Positions 48,701 to 60,700 of a DNA stretch of 64,000 bases are shown here, piece by piece. Position numbers and translations under genes: made by a program. Below the pieces are notes generated by a model, which was given only the letters and a program-made list of their open reading frames with translations, was not told the origin of the DNA and did not search any database. The stretch's first letter is position 1. Each line of letters begins with the position of its first letter. This DNA is from an uncultured Lactobacillus sp. (GTDB lineage: Bacteria > Bacillota > Bacilli > Lactobacillales > Lactobacillaceae): the NCBI GenBank assembly GCA_946481335.1, contig CAMLMR010000001.1:10187-74186 (forward strand), in the 5' to 3' direction.

Positions 48701-51700
48701 TGCATCATTAACGTTGGCGTTATTGATGGTGATAGTTCCGTCTTCATTGACAGGGAATGAATCACCGTGATACTTGCCGTCATCACCCTTAACAAGTTCT
48801 GATCCCTTTGGAATCATGTACTTGCCATCTGATGACTTAGTGTTTTGAGTAACAATGATATTACCTTTATCGTCACCCTTAACAGGAACATCACCAGTTG
48901 AACCGGTCGCCTTCTTGTTGTTATCGAATGAAACATCATGCGCAACGTCAGTAACTGGTGTCAAAACTGCTTTAGATGTATCAGCATCGTTAGCAAGTCC
49001 CTTTTTACCAGTGTATCCTGGCACATTGGAAATGATGTCCTTAGTTCCATCATTGTTGTAATGAACCTTAGCAGCATCTTTTTCAACCTTACCATCGTTA
49101 CCCAATTGAGCATCGATATTCTTATCTTGGTCAACTGGAGTAGCGTCAACGTGGTATTCAATACCACCCTTACCATCTGACTTGATGGTAACTGTTGTCC
49201 CTTCGTTAACTTGGTAAGCCTTAGTTGGGTCGTTTGGATCTGTGACAACAGAAGTCTTGTTAACGGTCATTGTACCGTTATCAGGATTTACTTGAGCGGT
49301 AATTGGTCCAACGACTGACTTAGTCTTATCATCCTTGTCATCGTAATGAGCATCAGAGATGTTAACGACACCATCACTTGGTGAAGGCAACTTGTCTCCA
49401 ACAGTTTCGTATGAACCATCATCTGGGTTCATATTAACGTTAGAACCACTTGGTACGATGTAGTAATTACCATCGTCACCCTTGGTAATGACGTTACTGC
49501 TTGTAGTGATGTTACCTTGATCATCTGTATCAACCGGTAGTTTTTGACTACGGTTTACTTCAACGTGACCTGCTTGGTCAACAACGGAAGCATTATCAAT
49601 TTCACCGTTTGATGGGTAAATTGGTACTTGATACAAGGTCTTGGATGGTTGAGTTGAATCAGTTACTGTTTGAATTTGTCTACCGGTTGCAAACTTGTAG
49701 CCATCTGGAATAGCTGAAACTGCTTTGTAAGCATCGCTAGTACCAGCGAAGATTGGAGTGTTGTCCTTATCGTTGGCGTATACGAAGTACTTGTCAGTAT
49801 CAACGGAAACAGTCTTGTTAGTGTAAATATTGATGAATTGAACGTTATGTCTTGCTGAGTAAGGTGAGTTATCAGCGATGACAACCTTCGCATTTTCATC
49901 AACGTTGCCGTTATTATCCATCCAGTCAACTACTTGTGAACCTGGTTGGAATACATGGTATCCATGACCTTCATATCCACCATCTGGCAACTTGGCGTCT
50001 AGAACATGACCAGTGGTCTTATCAATAATGACTTGGCCAGTTCCCTTGTTCAAACCATCGTTGTTATCGATGAAGTTAGCGTTATTAATAACGGCTGTAT
50101 CATCTTTAGCAGTCAATGAGTATGAACCGTCATCGTTATTAATTGGTGTACCAGCATTTGCTTGGTATGCATGATTACCCTTAACAACGTGAACACCGTT
50201 ATCGTCAGCTAGTGTCATCTTACCAGTGTTCAAATCAATGGTTGCATGAACATCAACAACATCGATTACATTGCCTTGTTCATCCTTAACGGCAACGTTT
50301 GGAAGTGTTACCTCACGTTTGCCAGCATCGTATTCGTATGATGGAACGGTCCAGTTACCATTGCTATCCTTAGTAACTTCACTACCTGGAAGAATAATTC
50401 TGCCATTTGGTGTTGTTGCTGGAGAAGTAACCTTAATGGTTCCGTCATCTTGACCTTGAACAGGTAGGTTATCAACTGTTGAGTTGGTATCTTTACCTTG
50501 ATTATCCAAGACATGGACATTGTTCATAGTACCAGTAGTTGGTTTCAATACTGGGTTAGTTGGTAGTGGATCACCGTTTGGAATGGTTTCACCAGTAAAT
50601 CCAGGGATGTTAGAAATAATAGTCTTGCTACCGTCTTCGTTAACATGAACGCTGGCAGCACCATCTTGAGCAGTTCCCTTTGGACCAACTTGGGCACTAA
50701 TCTTCTTATCTTGTTCAATTACAGTTGCAGGGATGTGGTATTCAGGTTCACCATTAGCATCCTTTTCAATTGTAATCGCATCACCTGGGTTTACTTGGTA
50801 AGCCTTGGTTGGATCGTTTGGATCAGTAACAACAGTGGTCTTGTTAACGGTCATTGTCCCGTTAGTTGGATCAACGGTTGCTGAAACACTACCGATGACT
50901 GACTTAGATGGATCAGCCTTATCGTCTAGATGAGCTTGGTTAATAGTTACGGTACCATCAGCGTTAGCTGGTAACTTGGTACCTTGAGCTGTGTAACTGC
51001 CATCATCTGAACTGTTTGGTACAACTGAGCTGCCCTTGGTAATGACGTAGTAATTGTTGTCCTTCCCCTTGGAAATGACATCCTTAGTTGTGCTAATTGA
51101 GCCATCATCATTAGTCTTAACAGGTAATGTTTGGCTGTGGTCGACCTTCACGTCACCCTTTTGGTCCAATACACTAGCGTTGGTGATTTCACCTTGGGCC
51201 GGAATGACTGGAACGATGTAGGTGCGCTTATCCTTATCGGTATTGTCATCATTGTTAGTTTGTTCAACGATAATTTGCTTGCCACTAGCATATTGATATC
51301 CGTTTGGAATACCACTGACAGCTCTTTGAGCTTCAGTACTACCTGCAAATAGTGGTAGTAAATCATCATCGTTAATGTTAACAGTTGGGTTATTAGTATC
51401 GTCTGTAAATACTTGGTTGTTGTAAATGTTTAAGAACTTAACGTGAGTGTTTGAATGGTATGGTGCGTTATCAGTAACTCTGACAATTGCATTGTCATCA
51501 ACGTTACCATTTGCATCACTCCATTGAACGACTTGACCAGTTGGATCGTAAACATGGAATCCGGCGTCTTGGTTACCACCCTTAGTTGGTAGTTGGGCAA
51601 TCAAAACAGTTCCGTTTGACTTATCAACTCTGACGGTTCCAGTACCAACATGGTTGTTGTTAATAACATCAATCAATGTAGCATTGTGAATTACGGCAGT

Positions 51701-54700
51701 GTCGTTGTAAGTGTTTACGTACAACTTATCATTATCACGAACGACTGGAGTACCAACGTCGGATTGGTAAGCATCGGTGCTTGTAGTTGCGTGAATTCCT
51801 TGAATATTGGCAACAGTAAGTGTTCCGTGTTCTAGGTCAACGTTTGCAATTACATCTTGGTGATCAACGACGTTACCCTTATCATCCTTGATTGGAAGTT
51901 GAGGTAAAGTAACTTGTCTGTTTCCGGCATCGTAGTCGAATGCTTGGGCATGCCAGTTATCATCCTTGTCCTTGGTTACCTGAGTATTAGCAAGAATAAT
52001 CTTACCATCAGGTGTGATGGTTGATTTGTTGGTCTTGATAGTACCGTCATCACTACCGATTACTGATAAACCGTCAGCGGTATCGCCGGTATTATTACCG
52101 TTAATGTCGTCAATGTGAACACCATTTAGTGTTTGTTCAGCAGGTGTTAATACTACTGGAGATGGGATTGGTTGGCCTTCAGGAACGTTAAAGCCTGTAA
52201 AACCAGGAACGTTTGAAACAATTGACTTGCTACCATCATCATTTACATGAATCTTAGCTGCGCCATCAACTGATTGACCGTTCTTACCTGTCTTAGCAGC
52301 GATGGCTTGGTCTTGGGCGACCTTTTCAGCGTTGACGTGGTATGAAACATTGCCGTTTCCATCAACCACCTTAGTAATTGGTGAATTACTGTGGGCAATG
52401 TATACGTTGCCTTGGCTATCCTTAGTAACTGTTGGTTTGGCAACGCTCATGTTTCCGTTGTCATCCACCTTAGCAACTAGGCTACCTGATTGAGAAGTGT
52501 TATCTGATGCATCATAACTTCCGTTTGGAATGTTAATTGTGCCATCAGCGTTAAGTGGGAATGATGGAGCGTGGTAGTTGTTATCTGAACCCTTGGTTAC
52601 AGTTGAACCAGCAGGAATCATGTACTTACCATCAGATGACTTAGTGTTCTTAGTAACAACAATGTCACCATTTTCATTACCCTTAACAGGAACGCTTCCA
52701 GTGGAACCAGAATCAGTACCATTGTCATCGAAATGAACACCATTAATGACGTCATTAGTTGGTGTTAGGACAACGTTACCAGTATCTTGATCGACAGGAA
52801 CGTTGGTTTGACCAGCAAATCCTGGGATATTTGATGTAATTGTCTTAGTTCCGTTATCAGGATTGATTGTTACGGTTGCGGCATTGTCAATGCGTTGACC
52901 GTTATCACCGGTCTTGGCAGGGATATTTTGCTTTTCGTTTACAGCATGTGCAGCAACGTGGTATTGAACATCCCCATTTTCAAACTTAGGAGTAACTGTT
53001 TCACCTTCGTCGACTTGATAAATAGTACCATCCGGTGCCTTAGTTACTGATGCTTTGGCAATTGTGATGTCACCAGTATCAGAATCAACATTGACCGTAA
53101 TCTTACCTGGATATGAAGTATTAGCGTCCTTATCATATTGACCAGTTGTAATACTAAATGTTCCGTCTTGGTTTGCTGCGATTGTGTAACCATCAGCATG
53201 GTAAGTTCCATCTGCTTCTTTACGAACATTGGAACCTGCTGGAACAAAGTAATAGTTAGGGTCATCATTCATACCCTTAGCAACATGGTCTTTAGTAGTA
53301 GTGATAGTACCATCTTCGCTTGTGTTAACAGGTAGAGTGGTAACCGCCTTTTCTTGATTATCCCTACCATCAATAATGGCAGTTGGTAATTCAGCTTCGG
53401 TAGGAAGTACTGGAATGATGTATTCAGTATTTCCACCAGCAGTCTTGTTTACAATAATGTTCTTTGAAACATCATATACATATCCATCAGGTAATTTATC
53501 AATTGCTTGATATCCATCCTTAGTACCATAGTTGATTGGCAATCCATCAGAATGAGTTACCTTCAATGTATATTTCTTACTACTGTCGGTGAAGGTTTCA
53601 CCAGTGTATGAGTTCTTAAATGAAACATTGTTGATGAAGTCATATGGGTAGTTTTCAACAACCTTAACCGCAGCATTTGGATTAACATTGCCTTTTCCAT
53701 CATCCCATTGAACGACTTGAGTATCAGGGTCGTAAATGTGATAACCTTCTTTGTTACCACCTAGATGTGAAACGGAAGATAGGTCTGAACTAGGTAGTAC
53801 CTTACCAGTTGATTTATCGACATTAATAACGGCGGTTCCATCAATCTTGTCATTGTTTTGATCATACAAAGTAGCGTTGGTAATGGTTGCAGTGTCGTTC
53901 TTACTGTTTACGGTATATCCGTTACCAGTCTTAACAACTTCGGTACCATTATCGGCTTGATATGCGTAACCATTAGTTGTAATTGTGTGGATACCATTAT
54001 CAGAAGTTGGTTGATTCAAAGTAAGAGTTCCGTCAGGATTTAGCTTAGCGTAAATCAATTGACTGTTGATCTTCTTACCTTGGTCGTCATTGATAGTAGC
54101 ATCGTTAATTGTCACGTTACCATTTTTATCGATTGGAAGTGTTTGAACGTGATAGCTGCCATCAGTATTGATAGTTACTGGTGATTTAGCCATTGCGACA
54201 TTACTACCATCATCAGTATTAGTGTTGTTAACGACGGTGACAGTTCCATCATCATGACCTTCTACTTGCATGTTGGTGATAGTCTTTCCAGTATCATTAC
54301 TGTTGATATCATCAGCATGTGCAACAGGTAATGTGGTCTTACCTGGTGTTAATGTAGGAAGACTGGTATCTGTATCCATTGGAACGTTTTGGCTGCCAAC
54401 AAATCCAGGTACGTTTGATGTAATTGTCTTAGTACCATCAGCATTGGTATGGATGGTAGCTCCACCTTGAACAGTCTTACCGTTAGCACCGGTCTTAGCA
54501 GGCACTACTTGGTCTTGTTGTTGAACTTGTGAACTGATGTGGTATGAAGTTGTGCCATCAGCGTTAACGACTGGGGTAATCTTACTACCCTTCTTAGCAA
54601 CGTAAACATTGCCTTTTCCATCATCAACAGCAGTATCTGAGTTTACTTCTAATGAACCATCATCGTTTAAGTGAGCAACGACTGGTTTAACTGTGTTGGT

Positions 54701-57700
54701 TCCATTAGTACCATCGTATGAAGCATCATTAATTGTAATTGTGCCGTCAGCATTTCTAGGTAATGATTCAGCATGGAAAGTACCATCACTGTTCTTAGTT
54801 ACCTTAGCTCCGGCAGGAATTACATACTTACCGTCGTTTGAAACGGTGTTTGAAACAACAGTAACACTACCATCATCATGACCTTGAATGGTCAACTTAT
54901 CGGTAGTTGAACCTGTGTCTTGGTTGTCTTTATCGTTGTGAACACCATCAATCGTTTCTTTTAATGGTGTTAGTTTGAATTGAGAAATACTTGTGTTAAG
55001 TGGAATTACTTCACTCTTTTGTCCGTTATCCAAACCAAATCCAGCAACGTTGGAAGTAACTGTCTTAATTCCAGTATTTGGATCGTAATTTACAATTGCA
55101 CCGTCGTTAATAACAGGTCCATTTGCACCGGCTTGGGCTGGAACGTATTTCTTAATCTTGTGTTCTACGGTTTGAACATGGTATTCAGCAACGACATTGT
55201 TCATAACCTTTTCGATTACTGTATTGTCCTTAGCAGTGTAAGCATCGTTATTGTGACCAACGATAGTAGTATCGTTAACTACTCTAATCTTACCGTCAGG
55301 TCCGACGATTCCTTTAACTGTCCCGGTCAATCCAGTATCTTTGTGACGGTGTTCGTAGTGAACATCGTTGATTGTTACTGTTTTATCATTTGCATTGTAT
55401 GGTAGTCCTTCAACACTTGGTTGGTTTTGACTATTGTTAGATACAACTGTACCGGCTGGAATCATGTACTTGCCATCGGCACTGGTTGTATTTTGAGTTA
55501 CGTAAAGGTTGCCTTCAATGTTTGTTGAAACAGGTAGGTTACTGATTGTTGATGATGTTGGTTGTCCGTTGGATGTAACAGCCACATTACCCATACCAAC
55601 TAGTTGACCAGTTGTGTTATAACCTTTACCAACTGTATTAGCCACGTTTGGTTGAATGGTTTGACCAGTGTGGACTTGGTAAGTGTTACCATCGCTACCC
55701 TTAACAACACCATTGTTAGCTACATTCGTAATTGTAGTATTACCGTTAGCGTCACCACTTACCGTTACATTGACGTTATTAGCAACGACGTTACCATTTC
55801 CGTCAGTAACAGAAATGGTGGTTTGTGATGAAGTTGGTGTCACGATATATGCATCTTGACCATTGTACTTCTTAGCGGTTGTAGTGGTGTAACCAGGGTT
55901 GTCAGGTGTAACGAATGGCTTACCATTACCACTATTTGAGTTGTAAGTACCTACCCCAACGCTTGAACCGTTGGCAGTAACTACCTTCACTGTTTGTTGA
56001 TCATCAGGTGTGCCATCAGGTAATAGTGATAGGTAGTAGTAATTTGAATCATTAGTATTTGCTGAAGTATGAACTAAGACGTCCTTGTTAACACGCAATA
56101 CATTTGAGATGGTGTATTGGTTACCGTCAGCATCTGTAATCTTAGCAACTGGCTTAGAAGTATCACTACTATCAGCGACAACACCGGTTGATTGTTTGTC
56201 TGGTACCGCAATAATTTCGACATAAACTGGTTTGCTATCTAGTTTAGCTGAATCATTGTGACCTGTTAGTAATACGCTCAATACTCTATTAGTATCTTGA
56301 CCAGTCAATGCATTGTAGATGTGGATGTTAACTGGTTGTTGAGTGTAGTTAGTTGCGACATTGAAAGTACCATCTTTATCGTTTTGTTCTGGACTGTATC
56401 CTGGCAAATCAGGAGTGACAATCATGTGACCGTCTTGGTCATAACTAATTGTTCCTGAGAATGGAAGAATAGTACCATCTTCACGTTTGATTGGCACCTT
56501 ATCACCAGTATTGTAGTTAAATGCCTTCTTGGCTACTTGGATGATTGGTGTGTAATTGCCTTGGCTATCCTTATTCAAACCAATTGCACTACCGGCACTA
56601 ACGGTGTAGCTAATGTGCTTACCATCAGCGTCTTGCATACCAACGAATCCACCGCTAACAACGCTAGTAATACGGGAAGTACCATCTTCGTTACCTTGAA
56701 CCATCACGGTTGCGGTACCAACCTTTTGACCGGAATCTTGATCAATAATGTCAACATTAGTTTGAACTGGTGCGGTAGTTGGTTGTAAAACAGCGTTACC
56801 ATTATCATCAAATTGAGCATTTGGTGATGGTGCAAATCCTGGTAAGTTGGCAGTAGCTTGTTTACCACCAGATACGTTGGCAGATATTGTTGCACCACCT
56901 TGAATTTGGTTACCAGAATCTGTAACCGCATTAACTTGTTCAGTACCAACATACTTTGAACTTACATTAATACTAAATTGACCTTGGTTAAATGGATCAA
57001 TGCTGATTGCAGTACCTGCAGTAATGTTGTATCCGTTGTGACCATCGACTAAGTTGGCATCTGAAGGAGTTTGTGTTGAAGTAATGTAAGAATTACCGTC
57101 TGAATTACCTTGAACGTTTACATTAACAGTACCAATCTTCTTACCAGTGTCAGCATCGTATACGTTCACTGATATTGGTACCGGATTCTTGGATGGAGTT
57201 AGGACTGCGCTACCATTAGCATCAATTGTGGCTGGAGTACTGCCATCGAAACCAGGCATATTAGATACGGATGTCTTCACACCATCTTTAGTCTTAATGG
57301 TTGCTCCGGCAGCAATGTCATTACCTTGATCAGTAACAGCATCTACTTGATAGTCGGCTGGAACTTCTGGATCAACGATAATTGATGGAATAAAGGTAGT
57401 AGACTTAGCTGGTGATTTAATTGCATCACCCTTCTTAACAGTGTAAGTATTACCCTTACTGTCCTTAAATTGTGATGGGCTATCGATATTTTCGATGTAA
57501 GAGTGACCATCACTTTGTCCTTGGACTTCAACTACAACAACTCCGACGTGACTGCCATCTGCACTGCTAATAACTGGAAGTGTTACTTTAACAGGACTAG
57601 CAGATGGAGTTACTACGGCACTGTTACCCTTCATTTGTCCAGGGTTGCTGCCATCGAAACCTGGTAGGTTTGGTTTAACAGTCAAAGTACCATCACTATT

Positions 57701-60700
57701 AGTAACGACGGCACCACCATCAACGACTACTCCGTCTCTGGTGATTGCTGGGGTATTATCAACGATATCTTTGTCAGCAGTACCTTCAACATAAACAACC
57801 ACGTTTCCGTTTGAATCAGTGTATGCCTTTACGTTGTCGCCGGTGCTTACCTTGTATCTACCATTATTGGTGTTGTAGATACCTCTGCCCTTGATATCAG
57901 TAATCTTAGAAGTACCATCACTTTGTCCTTGAGCAGAAACTTCAACGAAGACTTGTTTGCCATCACTTGAGACTAATGGGGTCTTAGTGTTTGGTTGGAA
58001 TACCGGTAGCTTAACGCTTACTGGAGTAGCTGATGGACTTACAACATCCTTTTGGTTTGCACCTGTTCCAGTAGTCTTAGTTGCACTGGTAGAGTCGAAA
58101 CCTGGTAGGTAGGTAACGGTGTGTAAAGTTCCGTCAGCACTTTGTTGTCTGTAACCACCTTGGTCAACTGAAGAACCACTTGGAGTTACAACATTAACGA
58201 ATTTCTTGTCAGATGTTGCTGTTAGTTGAACATGGTAAGTTGGGTTACCTTTGGAATCAGTGACAATTCCAATCTTGGTCTTGTTGTCGATGGTGTATTG
58301 TAATCCATCGTTTTTACCTGATGAAACGACCACCGGTTTAACAGCGTTGACAGTACCATCACTGTTACCTTTAATTTGAACAGATGCTGATAATCCAGTT
58401 GGGTTACCGTTTGCATCATCAATGTAAACAGTAGCGGTTCCGATAGCTGGTTGAACGGTGTACATTCCATAACTATCCACGTTTAATCCAGTTGTATTTG
58501 CTGAGATTGCAAAACCAGGTAGTTGTGGAGTAATTGAAACAACGTTTCCGTTGCTATCTACTTTGGCAACCCCCTTGAATGGAATCTTAGTACCTGAAGG
58601 TGTGTCGATTGGTAGTAATGATCCATCCTTGATGAATTGAACATCTGGAACGTAGATATCGTAAGTTGACTTATCATATTGCTTCATTGGAGTTTGTGAT
58701 AAATCAAGAGTGTAACCTTTGTTATTGGCAGCGACGTCATTAGTTAATTTGGTCAAAGCTGTCTTAGCTTGATAATTTGAAGTATCTAAAGAACCACCAG
58801 CAAGAATTGTTTCCAATGGAACCTTGGTGATTGCGACCAATCTAGTCTTATCACCGTTTGAAGCGATAACTCTCACTGTTGCGTACTTAGTATCCTTATT
58901 ATTGGTATCAACACCACTGTATGATGAATCATCAAATGGTGTGATGTTTTGGTTATTAATTAAATATTCACGATATTCGGGTGATGGCAATGGATCACTT
59001 GAAGTCTTGTTAGTGTAGTATTGAGCTTCGTTTGTATCACGATCATTTAAGTGGTTCAAAATACCACTAATGTTCTTCAAGAATCCTTGAGCAGTAGGCA
59101 TTGCAGCAATTGAGTGCATGTCGTTATCTGGACCGAAGTCATTTAGTAGTTTAAGTTCTTTTCCATCATCTAGACGAGTTCTAACACTGTTGAAACCTTC
59201 AACGTTGGTTTGGTAACTGTCATTACCGGGACGAAGAGAACTTGATACACTAGCGATTGGTGCGTATGCTGGTCCTTGCCAATCTTGTAGTCCGGTACCC
59301 ATGAATGTATTCAAACGGATTCCGACTGTGTCGATTGGATTAGTACCTAAATCAATATCACCATCGAAGACAATGCTGCCATCACTTAGTGTGGTTGAGT
59401 TGCTTGAATTTAGTGAAATGGTTTCGGCTAATGTTTCCTTATTACTATTAGCTTTGTACATATTACGGTATACATCACCATTGTTGGACTTAGCATCAAA
59501 TGAACCAGTTACATAGTGAACTTCTACTTGGTGTTCTTTAGCATCACTACCGGCATTGTTCAAAGTTGCTTCAAACTTAGCGTGGTAATGACCATCTGCA
59601 CCCTTGTAGGTTTGAATGTTGTGGTTAAATTCAATTGATGGCGAACCGGTGAATGTAATTGAAGTATCATTTCTGGCGTTTTGACCTGAAATAACCTTTG
59701 GATTATTACCGTTGAAGGCTTCATTAAAGCGGTTAACAACAGTACTATTGTCTGACATGCTGGCAACAGTTTGTCCTAATGCCTTGGCAACATTAATGAT
59801 AAGACCAGGTAGGTCTGGATCATTGATGTTCTTTAACTTATTAACAAAGTCTCGCTTACTCATCCCTACTAATTCAGGGAATGTGCTACCACTTAGGTAT
59901 TGTCTTTGTTGATTAAGCGAATTAGCGTAGTTAGTATCGTTTAAAATACTGGTGCTTCCACTAATCTTATTAATATCATTCTTCCAAACGTTAGCAATTG
60001 CAGTTTTAATGTCTGCTTGAGTTGGGTTAACATAACCTAATTTACCCTTATCTGGGTTGTAGGCACCACTTCTATCACTATCAGAAGTAACAATGTTACC
60101 GTTTTGTGATTGATCGGCGAAATCTTGGTTATTTGCGATGATATCTTCGTATAATTGAACGAAGTATTGTAAGTAATCAAAGGCGGTATCAAATGACACA
60201 CCATTAACGGTTACACCCGTTGATGGAATGGTCTTCCAAGTGTATGGATAACTGAAACTAAAGCGTTTCTTGGTATCTTGACCTGATGGCTTGTAACCAT
60301 TGGTAGTTCCATTAATATCTTGGAAAATTTCACTACTATTGAAGTTCTTATCATTTTCATCTAGGGCTGTACCGTTACGACGATAATGATAGATGTATGG
60401 ATTCAATAGGTAACCACTGCTTGTCTTGATACTTGCAATGTTACCTTGGTCTAGAATTGCACCAAAGACATCAATAGAAGAAAGACTTAGCTTTGGTCCA
60501 GCAGCACCATTAGGTGAAGTTCCTGGAGTTACGTTCAAGGTTAAATTAAAGACCTTTGGATTAAATGCAACGATTGGTAGAAAGGCAACACGAATTGGGT
60601 GACTTTTGTCACCAGTGTTCATGTTGATATTCAATGAACCGTTTTGTTGCACGATAATCATACTGCTTGATTGGTTTCTACGTGCACCTGATTTCTTCAT

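Noticed and set aside
47580-50940. H-x-D-D-K-(D/A)-D motifs in the giant repeats resembling the HxDxxDxxQ ester-bond motif of T-Q domains
   Set aside because: The reactive Gln is absent (Thr, Ser or Gly at that position) and the His is not kept in all copies (FFDDKDD), so a self-crosslinking ester domain is not supported.
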